A stretch of DNA of 61,745 bases, counting the filler, from Sphacelaria rigidula (taxonomy: Eukaryota): the NCBI GenBank assembly GCA_964200075.2. It is 10 parts of 10 records of this genome, joined end to end, with 100 filler letters (N's around TTAATTAATTAA, not from the genome) between each part and the next. Parts side by side here need not be neighbours in the genome. Positions count along the whole stretch, not along the records: positions 24,741 to 30,825 come from CAXNAA020022342.1; positions 30,926 to 37,009 come from CAXNAA020022343.1; positions 37,110 to 43,193 come from CAXNAA020022344.1; 7 more parts are not named here. One strand, given 5' to 3'. The notes under the pieces were generated by a model, which made no database searches, was not told the DNA's origin, and saw nothing but the letters and a program-made list of their open reading frames with translations. The first letter of the stretch is position 1; each line of letters opens with the position of its first letter. The translations under genes and the position numbers were made by a program. Positions 25,794-37,870 of this stretch are shown here, piece after piece.

Positions 25794-28700
25794 TGTGACG
25801 AAATCACGCCGTCACGTTGAGTATATAGTGATGATATGGATGATGACTTGGGACCTGTAGTGATGATATAGATGACGGCATGGACACAGGGGTCATACCC
25901 TGATGTGGTTTATGGAGCTTGTGTGCCTGGGTGGCACTCCAGGATAACAAAGGTGTTGTAAAGGCTAACAGCTGAAACCTGAGGCCAGTGGAATTGGGGA
26001 GTCCTTCAACAGCATTAGACGCTGCAGTACTAGCAACCTGCTGGCGTGACAATATCGATATTAGTGATAGTGCTAGTCGTGCTAGTAGTGCTATCGGTAG
26101 TGTCTGCTGGAATTTTTCCAGTCGAGAGGAGTCTGGACAGCTTCGGACATATTTCTTCACGGACGCGTGAGGAGGGTTCAAGCTGGGGTAGCTGTAAAGG
26201 CGGCTGGCCCGTGATTAATCCAGACTGGAGACTTGCCGGAGCTGCGTGCAGCGGGAGTTTATAGGACCCCACGGCTGTGTGGTGCGGCAGCGAAGGCAGG
26301 TGTGAACTGTGGAGTTCGAGAAGGTTCAGAAGCTTTCGATTAGGTCCGCTCGGAAATGTCGACTACAGAGGCACCGACCGAAGAACCAACGGAGACGACC
26401 GTACCCTCAGTTGTTCTGAGAGAAGAGTTGTGGCCTCCCAGTCACGGGAATTTGCATTCTGAGTGTGCTTCTCGTTCGTTTTATACGAAACATGTGGAAT
26501 ACAAGAAGCGGGTGGAGCATGCGAATGCGGGGGGTGCGGTAAGGCATCAGGTGGTATCCATGGCGCAACTCGTGCCTCCCCCCCCCTCCAACGCGTTTTT
26601 ACGAGAATATTCCACGAGAAGAACACAATAATGCCGCTGCAATTGGCTGCAACGATCAAGAAGCATGCAGGGCATGCGGCAGGCGCTGAGGTAGAGCTAA
26701 CCCAGGCGTCCGCGGCCGTGGCGAAGGCTGTCGCCATGAACCACAAGGGGAAGACCATGCGTGAGAGGGTGGAGCCAATCATGGAAAAGTTGGAGACATA
26801 TTTTTCCGAAAATCCCAACGTCGAGATGGTTTATCGTTTCTCCGATGGGAAATTCCGTCCAGGGTTCGCTGCGGTGATCACGAAAGTGATGGTGGAGGGT
26901 CTGGCACCGGAAGAATTCAAACAGGCCGTGCTTGTGAAATTACAGCACGAAACCAATTGGAAGCCAGACCCGTACTTATTATGGATACCATGGTGACTGA
27001 GGCTCAGGCATGGCGGAAGATTGAAGTATTCGGGAAATCACCCACTTCGTCGCCGCAATCTTCGAGCTCGCGTAACCGCGGATCAAAATCCACAGGCAGT
27101 GCCGCCGCCAACATCACTTGCTTTCAGTGTGGCCAGGTAGGCCACTACGCACGCAAGTGACCAACACCTTTCAAGGGGGAGTCTGGGCAGACGAGTGCCG
27201 CACGCCCTCGCAATCACAAAGGAGGAAAAGGTAGTCGGGGTGGTGGCGGAGGCGGATCCTCCAGCGGTGGAGGTGTGCATTCGAGTTCCCAGCAGCAGTA
27301 GCAGCAGAGGCAGTGGCGTCAGCAGGGGTCCGTTTCTGGGTTCGGCTCAGCCGCAGGGGCTGCTCCTCCGCAACGGGCGGCGCAGTTGGGACCGACCACT
27401 CAAGTGTCGGGCTCGGTGCCGGCGCCGCCGGCAGTAGAGCAAGGCGAGGCGCCTCTTGCTGAGCCGGTCGGATTTCAGCTGAAATCTGGATCCGCTGCTG
27501 CGTCGTCCGGAGTACCGCTGCAATTTGGTTCTGCGGGCCGGGCTTCGTACCCGCCGGTGGTGCCGGTTACCCCAGCGGGGGCGTCTATGCATGCGCCGCA
27601 CGCGCAGCCGTGGCGCCAAGTGGGGATCACGACAAATCAGTCGGCGGAGCAGGTGCCGGTCGAGTATCAAGAAAAATATATTCCTGCAGAGTTATATCTC
27701 CCAAATCAACGGGCGCGGGGAGCCATATCGATCAACGCTGTGTTGGATTCAGGCGCACATTTCGCGAGCGTGTCGGTGCTGATTGTGGAGATGCTGGAGC
27801 ATCTACTCCCTGGTGAGAAAATCCGCATTCCTTTCTCGCTCGGGGCGCGACAGGCCAACACCGCATCGGGGCAACGTGTAAATGTCACGGAGCGTACGAT
27901 TCCCCAACAGTTGGCGTTCAGGTTTACCTGGGGGCCAGCGAAATTACCCCCGATATCGTTTGCGATCATACCGGGGACGGATGGTGTCATTCTGTTGGGC
28001 TTACCGACGCTTCGGAAACTTGGCGTCGATCCGTATGATCGGCTGTTAGAGTCCCTAAAAACGCAAATACTGTCGCCCGGTTCAAGTGTCGAAACGCCTG
28101 CTTTTTTGGCCAGTCGCAGAGTGAGCTTGTCGGCTGATGCTCTCCAGGAGGCGGGGGGACAGGTGTCCGAGGAGCGTGATGAGGCGGTGGAACGCTTGGT
28201 GGAGCGTAGCCCCGGTATGTTTATGGAGCCGGTAGAAGAGGAGTCCGCGCGAATGGCTGCGCTGGAGAAAAGCGTGACAGATGCTGTGGCAAATGGCATC
28301 AACGTCTCAAAAGCGGAGCGCTTGCGTGGCATATTGTATCGCCACGTTAACGCGTTTTGTCGTGCGCTGATGGGTGATCCCCCTGCTCGCGTGGAACCCA
28401 GGAGAGTTACACTGAAGCCAGGGGCGGCCGCGGTGAAGGCAAAACTGAGGAGGTATGATCCGGTAAAGTCCAGTTGGTTAGCTTCTTGCATGGGAGCTCT
28501 TATGGCGATTGGGTTGGTGTTCAGGAATCTACAGGCGGTGTGGTCCAGTCCAGCGATGGCGGTGACGAAGAAGGACTTTTTCCGTCTTGTCAGCGATTAC
28601 GGAGCCATCGATGATCAGGTGGAGAAGTCACCGGGTGTCATGCCCAATCAGGAATCCGACATGATAGATCTGTTGAGTGCGCGATGCTTCGGTAAGTTGG

Positions 28701-29727
28701 ACCTCCTACAGGGGTACTAGCAGAAGCCGTTGGCCGAAGAGGCGGAAGAGATATTCACCATCACAACTCCATTTGGCATGTTTACCCCGCAGCGAGTACC
28801 GCAAGGCGTGTTGAATGCTACTTCCTACGGAGTATTTTATAAGGTGTCATGGTAGACCTTTTAGATGGTTTGAAATGCAAGATTTGGGTGGACGATATAT
28901 TTTTCTTCGCGGATACGGAAGACGAACTGTTGGATACGCTTAATGCAACCTTGGCTCTCTTGGAGAGTGTTGGTCTATTTGTAGCTTCCCACAAGTGTAC
29001 CATTTTTGCTAGTGAATTAGTGCGGTGTGGGAAAGTACATTCACACGGCCGTGTCTCGCATGACCCGGTCCGCTTGCAAGGTTTGTCTGACCACGCGTTT
29101 TTATGCAGACTCACAGCTTAATGTAACGGCAGACGTGAAGGATGTGTTTCAGCAAGCCTTTAACCAGGGGCAATTTCAGATGGCTGGGATTGTTCGCGTG
29201 GCAGAGGCAGAGGATCGTTCGTTGATCGTGTTGGTCGACTGGGTTGGTTTTGAAGTCGAGGAGAGTACGTGGGAGCCTTTTGAAAATGTTTTTGAGGCCG
29301 CTCCGGAAACTCTCAAAAAGGGGTTGCGTAAGGTGCCAGTGACTCGTTTCATTGCTGCTCGCATTACGCGTGAGTTTGGTATTCAGTTGTGACTTGCTCA
29401 ATCGTTTTGGCGTTGCCACTGAGTGTCAAGCTTGTTGCTCGATTCTCGTCCAACGCGCTTTTGGGGTGCTGTGACGAAATCACGCCATCACGTTGAGTAT
29501 ATAGTGATGATATGGATGATGACTTGGGATCTGTAGTGATGACATGGATAATGACATGGACACAGGGGTCATACCCTGATGTGGTTTATGGAGCTTGTGT
29601 GCCTGGGTGGCACTCCAGGATAATGAAGGTGTTGTGAAGGCTAACAACTGAAACCTGAGGCCAGTGGAACTGGGGAGTCCCTCAACAGGATTAGACGCTG
29701 CAGTACTAGCAACCTGCTGGCGTCACA
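25794..29727 (+). mobile_element. Ty3/gypsy chromovirus-like LTR retrotransposon with both LTRs (25794-26051, 29470-29727), 4-bp TSD CATT, internally deleted
   Basis: 258-bp LTRs TGTGACG...CGT(G/C)ACA with about 15 differences. Gag has a zinc knuckle (CFQCGQVGHYARK), protease LDSGA, RT (WSSPAM, KLDLLQGY, RVPQG, WVDD), then a direct jump to the integrase tail and chromodomain (RFYADSQL...VLVDWVGFEVEESTWEP). Stops and frameshifts present. Confidence 0.95.
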
Positions 29728-30322
29728 CATTTCAACTAGCAGAGGAGCAGTTAGCCTGTTCGCCGATAATACAACAAGTATTTACGCAATCTAGGGGACT
29801 GCTTCTCAGAGGTGTCGCTAGTCTTCGTCTATATAGTAAGCCTGACTCGCATGCAGTGGGTGCTGCTTTGAGCACTCAAGAGACAACAGACAGCACGATT
29901 TGACTACACATGTGACAACTTGCAGCCCCTTCGAGCATGATGTGAGTACTCGAACTCGGTCGAATAGGGACACTTGAATGTGTTTGAGCACAATAGTGCT
30001 CGGGTGCCCACGGACTGGCACCCTTCACCTCTAGACGTTCACCTCCAGGGTGGTCGGTAGCGGTCGTGAACGGATGGTACGTTTCCCCCCTCGATTCACC
30101 GTAAATACAACTATATCCTATATAGGACGTCGGACACAAGAGCGTTTAGTGTAGAATATTTTTCGGAAAATGATCATTTTTGATTTCGATAAAGTATGAA
30201 AAAGTCGGACGCAAATACACTGATTTTGTATGGAGTGGAGAGACATTAAGCTAATACTAAATAGGATAGGATACAATGATGATAATAGATTACCCTGTGC
30301 CCAGGGCGCTTCCAATTTCAAT

Positions 30323-30472
30323 TCATTTTGGTGTTTGTGGCGTTGCGGTCTTGGATTGCGGCGGTGAAACTGGAGTGGTCTCGGCTGGGCCCTTGTTAGG
30401 AGTGGCTCTAAAGTGAAGGTCTGCCGCACGCACCCAGGGCATGGGGAACAACACACGCGGCCATTGGGCTAC
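30323..30472 (-). CDS. Possible terminal exon of an unidentified gene
   Basis: Acceptor cctttacag, then an open frame VAQWPRVLFPMPWVRAADLHFRATPNKGPAETTPVSPPQSKTATPQTPK*. No recognised domain. Confidence 0.3.
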   Translation of the reverse strand, partial: VAQWPRVLFPMPWVRAADLHFRATPNKGPAETTPVSPPQSKTATPQTPK

Positions 30473-30696
30473 CTGTAAAGGATTTTGTAAAACGAAAGCC
30501 TACCTAGCGTCCGTTTTTGAACTGCCCTCTGGAGGATATTGGGCATTTGTAATCCTCGAGAGGATATTGGGCATTTGTAATCCTTCAGAGGGTTGTCAAG
30601 GTTGGGGTCTCCCTCGAGGGTCTGTGTCAATATCGAAATCATCTGGATTGTTTTTGAAGGCACGCGCATGCTATGAAAAATGCAATTTGTACAGCC

Positions 30697-30762
30697 TCTG
30701 CTGTTCGAAATAAATCCTTTATGCCCGACGTCGGGCATTAAGGATTTATTTCGAACAGCAGA
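30697..30762. repeat. 66-bp near-perfect palindrome with a possible 8-bp TSD (gtacagcc/gaacagcc)
   Basis: tctgctgttcgaaataaatcctttatgcccgac|gtcgggcattaaggatttatttcgaacagcaga, one mismatch and no loop. Confidence 0.8.
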
Positions 30763-31359
30763 GAACAGCCGATCCTAATTTTTGGGGTTGAAACATAATA
30801 TGAGGTTGAAGTCCCATCCCTTCATNNNNNNNNNNNNNNNNNNNNNNNNNNNNNNNNNNNNNNNNNNNNTTAATTAATTAANNNNNNNNNNNNNNNNNNN
30901 NNNNNNNNNNNNNNNNNNNNNNNNNGTTTGGGGAGGGGGGGGGGGGAAGACACAGGGGGGGGGGAGCGTGGGGGCGGGGGAGGTAATGAGAAAAAGGACC
31001 GGTGCGAAGCGGGTATACACTACTGTATTATTGCTCTTCGCCATCACAATTGATGCAAGAGAAACACGATCCGAGCTGACTTCTTGTGTACCACAGCTAA
31101 CGCTTGTCACATGGATCATGACTATTCAGCGTGGGGAGCACAGTACACACTACCCCTTGATTTTCATGGAGTGTACCATATCCAACAAGTTTTCTGAGCC
31201 TGGTCCGGCGAAAACCCGGTGTGCTCTCTCTCTGCTGCATGCATGATCATGAGTACCCCCCCCCCTTTGCGATTCTCGGGAAATTATCAAAGTATGCACG
31301 TGAGGCAGACATGATTCGGGTATTTAGTACTGGGCGGCAGAACCATTGTTTTATTCAGG

Positions 31360-31697
31360 AGGATTTCTTCTCGGGACTAATCTTCGATAGAACTTGAAAG
31401 TGCTTCCATTGGTAGATTTTGTTGAAATGAACAGGTTGTCTTCCCCCCCCCCAGTGCTGAAGTTAGTGTCAGTTGGTTTCATCCGGCGATACGAGTAGAT
31501 AGCCCGTTTATCAGGAGGGTGTTATTGACTGAATCACAGTTTTTCGGATCTAGTGCAATGAGTGGGTAGTCTGTACAATTTGTCATAAATACGATCGGGA
31601 CAAACTCGATCGACCGAAAGTTCCAAAAAGTCAGAATCTGGGCTAAAGCGTGCCAGGACCCCCCATGACCGGTCAGCCGGTAAGTCACTTAATGTTG
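31360..31697 (+). repeat. Dispersed repeat; inverted homologue at ~42505-42860
   Basis: Shared blocks (tcttcgatagaact, cccccccagtgc, tcgggacaaactcgatcgaccgaaa, agtcagaatctgggct, gtaagtc) appear reverse-complemented in another contig. Confidence 0.7.
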
Positions 31698-31854
31698 AGT
31701 CCAGATTTAAAAGAAAAAAAAACTTGAAATGTGGAGCAGATACAAGTATCTTTAGATCCCTAATGTGATGAGCGATGGAAAGCGAAAGAGCCCAAAAAAG
31801 TCGCCAATTACGAAGAAATTACAAACTGAATAGTTCAGGCGCCCACTGCTGTAC

Positions 31855-31970
31855 CTTGAAACATGTTGCAGAGTTCGGGATGTGAACCGCCTTGGGCTCC
31901 ATGCAGCTCTCTGTCGTTCGCCCCGTGCCAAGCTGACCGAGCTTACCACCCCCCATTGTGTACAGAGTTC
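31855..31970 (-). CDS. Exon encoding an RCC1 repeat
   Basis: aaaccag|GTLYTMGGGKLGQLGTGRTTESCMEPKAVHIPNSATCFK|gtacag fits the RCC1 pattern GxLYxxGxxxxGQLGxG...P. Other exons not identified. Confidence 0.8.
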
Positions 31971-32999
31971 CTGGTTTGGAACAAAGAAAGGAGGTACAAT
32001 AGGCAACAAGCAAGAACAAAAACATACTCAACAACGTTGTAAACTTGAACCAAACGGCGCACCAGTCCCAGCGAAGATACACGGCGAAGAAATCGTACAA
32101 AAATATCACACCCTGGACAATATATACTCGACACATGTAATGCGATACGATTCATATGTTCATCAATGAATGAATGAATGAATGAATGAATGAATTCAAG
32201 ATTGTTTGAGGATGGCTGGTTGGTTCGGATGGGAAATGAATTTTATTTTTTGGACAAATGGGAGGACAATTCAATTCATTAAAGATTGTTCGAGGATCGA
32301 TGTTGAGGGTGGATTATGGACCATTTATTCTTGGATTTTTATTTTTTGGGGAAAGGGAGCAATATATATATATATAATATGACCAAAGGTTGCAATAGAC
32401 AAAAAAAATTACTGCGTAAATCATAGGCCCATTGCGATTTTTGTTTACCTACAATAGTTACAATAGCCCTATACTTTAGGCAGTACATTTGTTGTCTACT
32501 GCAATAACTGACGATATATATATTTTCTCCACGGTGTGGAAGCAGCACCTGGGGAGATCAATTTTTACAAGACATAACGGATGAACATTTTTACAACCCC
32601 CGACCCGAACTGTTCTTGGAAAAAAATAAATACAAATGCGGTCCATCTCTAGTCCTGTCCACTCACTGCCAACACACACATTCACACACAGACACAAACG
32701 TAAGTTTTTTTTTGTAAAACTCAACCGCAAAAAGGCAGACGATATCCAGAAAACGTTCTTCAGAAATTGCTGGCCCGTCACTCATGATCACTATGGGTGT
32801 CATCTCCGGGATAACTGTCATACTCCAGGGATAGGATTGTGAACAGTCATAACCGAACGCTCTTCTTCCCGTCTCTTCCATTACTCTGGATAACTACCAC
32901 CTCAACCTCCCGCCGAATGAAAAAAACAAGTCGCGTCACATTGATTGATCCATCGGCCGGCCGTCAACTACCTGACTATCGGTACCCCACGCTTCAGCT

Positions 33000-33330
33000 A
33001 TTTTCTTTGTTCTTACTTCGAACCTCTGCCTCTTCCTCGGGACAAATCCGTGGTCTCAAGGGATCGACTCATTCATCTCTTCCCCGCTACACACCATGCA
33101 CTTCGGTATTGCCGATTGGACCATGACCATCACCACTCCTGCACTACGCCGACTCTCGTCAGACAAACACACTATTTCTGCCGCTCACGTTCGTCCTCGC
33201 GTACGTCCCCACCCTTTTCAACCACGACAAATCAGAAACTTCTGAGAAAAAGTAAAGCTAGAGGCATGTGTCGGGGACTGAACCCGCCTTCTTTCCACCC
33301 TGATGGTGTCACATGTACCATGACAGCTTC
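33000..33330 (-). mobile_element. SINE family B copy (tRNA-like head, A-rich tail)
   Basis: Shares gatcccttgagaccacgga...cccgaggaag...ggttc and the upstream body with 60545-60852(-) and 49478-49540(+). Confidence 0.65.
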
Positions 33331-34589
33331 ATCTCTTGTAAGGAATAGCAGGAACAGTATTGAAAAGACGAGCCTACGTCTGTGACCACGGGTTCGAGAG
33401 ATCGAACGAATGTGCGGAAATAAGAAATAATAATACATCTGCTGGCGTCAGATATAACATCGAATAAAAACACGCACGGGGGGCTGGGTAGGACTCACCA
33501 CTCTACCGTGCGGCAACGTCCGAAGCCTAGTACAAACTCCAACATGGCATGCACGTCCAAGTATTCGTCTTGTTGAAACATGAATTCATAAAACAAACAA
33601 ACAAAAAAGCAAGCCTAGCCAAGAAGAAACTACAGGGCCCGCAGCGCACGTGTAGGTCAACGTGCAACCTACCATTCCAACTCAAACCAACGGAGGGCAA
33701 CGGCTGTACACAACGATGAAGGGGTGAAGGCCAACATGTGAACTACTTCCGGGAAGCAGGAGCAGGGTGCCGTCATGTGCGACCACACAAATTTCTGGGG
33801 GAACCGCGGACGCTCCAAGGGTACCTGTAACGGGTCCCTATCCAAGCCATGCACACCGCCGAAGCGTCACTGGATATCCATCCACCAGTGTTGAAAATCG
33901 AACTGGAATAAAAAGTTCGATACGATTGTTTGAAAATATCGACGAAAAAACGTCCATGAGTTGTACAATCGTGTGCACGCATTCCACTGCACTGCATAAG
34001 ATAGGGCTGGGTTGGGGTTTGGATTACTGTTTGGTGAACAATGGGAACTAAAAAGGTTGGGTTGGGGTTTGAACTATTGTTCTTTCAACAAGAGGAAAAC
34101 AATATATCGATAGTGTCTTCCCTTTTTTCCAAAAAATGAATAATCCACCCCAAATTGAACTAAAATTGAATTAAATATATACATTGCTAGTATGAAAGCA
34201 TGACTTTTACAAATTTATCTTAATCGATACTCGGGAAATGGCCAAACAACCGGTTTTCTGGTTCTGTGGGCCGTTTGATCCTTTATTTCAAGTGTCATTT
34301 TTGCAAGAACAGGATGGGGGAGGTGTACTCATGATCATGCTTGCCATAGTCATCAGACCATTGACGGGATGGGGGGGGGGGGACCATGATGTGAATGCAC
34401 TACCGCCTCCCCGTTTTAGCAGGCGGGGCGCCCGAGAGAGCCAGTTTGCGTATCGAAAGTATGGGCTTACCAGCTCGCGATTCCGATACTGAGAATTGTC
34501 CAAAATCTCGATCGATACTCCAGATCACGATGCACGATCTTCAATACTCAAATATATATATATGTATATATATCCCATACAAGAAGACG

Positions 34590-34810
34590 GGGCCGTGCCC
34601 CTATGGTATAAATTAAGATGGCAACTTCATGGCCGGTGAGGGCATACGGCCGGGGATTCGAATCCCCACAGATAGGAATGATCTTCTTGGGCAAAAAGCT
34701 GCTTCGTGTCCATGTCAACTCGTCAAGACGCGAGGACGTGAGAAAGCAAAGGAAAATCCACGAGCGTCGACGACGGCCTGTGGGAGTGTCCACCGTTTCG
34801 ACCCAAGGGC
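34590..34810 (+). mobile_element. tRNA-like SINE head and body (related to family B)
   Basis: gccgtgccctatggtataaattaa...ggattcgaatcc (A- and B-box-like). The head resembles that at 60852(-). Confidence 0.5.
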
Positions 34811-35885
34811 TGATTTCGATGATTGATTGTCGCACTTCAACTTACCCCCCAAGAGGTACAGCCTTGGTCAGATGATATACGTGAGACAAGGCAAAACTGA
34901 AACACTCGCTGACAAAAAAAAATACACACACAGACACACAGAAAAAAATCGAAGAGAACGGCATAGCAGACTAAGAAGTGAAGGAAAAAAAAAAGAAGCA
35001 AAGCACAGAAAGAAATGGCCAGTTTATAATAAAAAAAAAGGAAAAAAAAACTCGACAACAAAACGCCGAGTAGTAGGTGGGTACTGAAGGGGGTGAAGAC
35101 GGGTCGATCTCCTCAACAACATAACGGACCCGTGCAGAGGAAGAAGGCGTGGTTAACAGTACGATGAAGAGAAAAAAAAAAAAACGCGAACGAGGACACA
35201 ACTCCAACTTCTCTCTTCTGCCTCGAGCAACGTCTTAGAAGGAGCTCCTCTTCGGGCAACATTTTGGTCCGTGCAGTGAGTGGAACACACGCCCAATCTC
35301 GTCGACCTCACCCACGCTGCGTTTTGAGAATGGAGGAATAACTGCCGGCCGGGGCTGACGGTTGGGGTAAAGTCTCTAAGGCGAGGCTATCGTTAAACTC
35401 ACATCAAACTTCTGAACACACGTAGTACTGATAGCACTTTAGGCCCCGTTCCCTCGAGTTGAAGAAAACCAAATGAAAATGTTCATGACGACCAGCCCAC
35501 GGGTGGCGACCATTTCCCGTTCCTTCGCCATTTGGCTTTCTCGTTTTTCACACGAACACACAGAATTCAAAAACGATTATTTTTTGTGAGAACGGCAGAA
35601 CAACTCAATCAGAATGGGACAAATAGGGGACCGTGAAAAAAGGGTATTCCACGCGTGAATTGTTCGTCACTCTGATTCTTATTTCCACAATTATTTTCTC
35701 ATTTTCAAGCCGTCTCGATAAGACTTACCCTTAAACCAGCTTTCTGGTATGACGTACGATGTAAGTTGCACTGTCGTACGAAAAATTTCATCCGTTTACT
35801 GTCGTGCCGTACATGAAGCCCCCCCCCCACTAAATGGTTCTATGACGATGGCATGCATGATCATGTGTAAACCCCACCCCCCACT

Positions 35886-36090
35886 GGTGGCAACAGACGG
35901 CGAAACAGGACGGGGATAGGATATATAAAAGGTTTTTGTGTAATGTATGGAAAATACGTCATGAGCACCTAAATGTTGGAGGTGTCTCTTTTGGGAGGAG
36001 GAACAGACAGTGCTTCGTCTCGAAAGGGACGCATGATCAATGGTCAAACGACTAAGGCAAGCAACGAATGAACACGCCCCCCCCCCCCCA
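35886..36090 (+). mobile_element. 3' end of a second LINE family with a poly(C) tail
   Basis: Homologous to the ORF2 end of the LINE at 55840-56255(-). Ends ...gactaaggcaagcaacgaatgaacacg(C)13. The same end occurs at 43667-43752(-) and ~12075-12147. Confidence 0.7.
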
Positions 36091-36099
36091 CAGCCTTTC

Positions 36100-36615
36100 G
36101 AGGTTTGGTGTCGGCTGGCGACGACCATGTAGCGCACGACACCCACTGCGTAGGCTAGGCCACCACTTCACCACTTCTTCCCTCGCTTGCGTTTTTTCTC
36201 GCGGTACCCATGATGGTGATCGAGCTAGATCATATTGTGCAGGGTGAAGAACCTCAACTCCGCACAAAGAGGGTGATCATACTACGCAGTGTTTTGATGG
36301 CGAGACACCCATGAGGCAGTGTGTAACCCACGACTGTCTCTTGAACTAGCAATACCAGAAAATGAAGCAACTCATTCGAGGCTGTCATCCATATGCCACG
36401 TAATTAGTACGCTTCGGGCTGAATGATCTCAGCAGGATACAGCTCCTCCTTCATGCGACTCGCCGAATACATCACGGCGCTTCGCGTTTGGTAATTGCGA
36501 GCCTGCTCCGGCGAGAACTGGCGTGCTCCGTCTCGGCTTTGTAGGGATGCGAGGTTGATGGTATTATTATGCTTACGGCACGCCAGATCATGAGTAACCC
36601 CCCCCCCCCCCCGCC
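36100..36615 (+). mobile_element. Poly(C)-tailed SINE-like element (family C), full copy
   Basis: Same head and body as 20059-20925 and 56341-56821. Ends atcatgagtaa(C)15. Confidence 0.8.
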
Positions 36616-36639
36616 CCTCTCGAAATACTGTCCATCGGT

Positions 36640-37009
36640 GAAGACGCGGGGTACAAGGCAAAAGTAAGAGACATTATAGAAATAAGGGGGAAAGGAGCGC
36701 TCAGACGTAAGGTAGAAGAACACCTGGAGGTATACGAGTGGTTGAGAGAGGGGATAGGGATGAAAGCATATTTGCATGGCCCAATGGACGCTGCGAAAAA
36801 TATGAAATTGCGATTTCGAGTGGGGGGCCTAGACCTGCCAGAAAGAAGAAGGAGATATATGCCAGTAGTCGAAAGGACGAGAAAGGAGATGGACAGAAAT
36901 GCCTCTGTGGCGAAGCAAGAGAGAGCAGAAGTCATGTAGTGTCATCATGTGAGCTTTACAAGGAGGAACGGGACGTGCTAGAGGGGGAAATGCGAGACGT
37001 GAACAAAGG
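36640..37009 (+). mobile_element. LINE ORF2 C-terminal fragment with CCHC zinc finger
   Basis: GMKAYLHGPMDAAKNMKLRFRVGGLDLPERRRRY / QKCLCGEARESRSHVVSSCELYKEERD. Homologous to 56100-56255(-). Confidence 0.75.
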
Positions 37010-37870
37010 NNNNNNNNNNNNNNNNNNNNNNNNNNNNNNNNNNNNNNNNNNNNTTAATTAATTAANNNNNNNNNNNNNNNNNNNNNNNNNNNNNNNNNNN
37101 NNNNNNNNNCTCCCCGTCGCCCAGAATGAGGTTTTCGGGAATTTGGGGCGGTGAATAGCGTATTCCAGTCTGTAAGGCCCCTTGTTCAGTGTGGTGGGGA
37201 AGCGATCTTTAAATAAAGACCAATGATTCGCTTTTACAAACAACGTACGTATCCTGACAGCAACTCAAATGGCTGGACGAATCATGTTTTGACCCATGTG
37301 TGCGTTGTTCAGCAGAACATGCGCAGACATCTACTCACATGACCGTTGTGAAATTCAGGTATAGAGAACCGACACTTCATGTCTTGGGTTCTATAGATCG
37401 GATGGGGTGATGATCTGCGGCACGAACCAGGTATTGATCAAAAGCTCCACTTGCACACATGTCGCCGATGCCCTTTTATTTGCCACTCAGGTCATTGGTA
37501 AATACAAAAGCGAACTCCTTCCTTCTACAAAGCCCGCGACGAGAGCTTTCCGTTCAGTGTAGGTCCCGGTGCGTAGGGCGCACGACCTCACCGAAGGTAG
37601 CACCAATAAACTCCTACTAAGGATATCAGTGACACCAACAACTTCCTCCATGTATTAAAATTTTCGGGTTGGTTGTCGCCCTGCACACTCTTACGCACTT
37701 TGCCCTCAATTCATCTCTTCACCGAGCAGCCGTTGGGCTCATCATGAGTATCGTGGTACAGATATGAACCGAGCGTGGACGATGGACACAGGTTGTAGTC
37801 CACTGGAATCCATGTGGAGGAGAACGATATATGTGGCTACGGTCGAACTTGTTCAGACAGACTCACTCAC

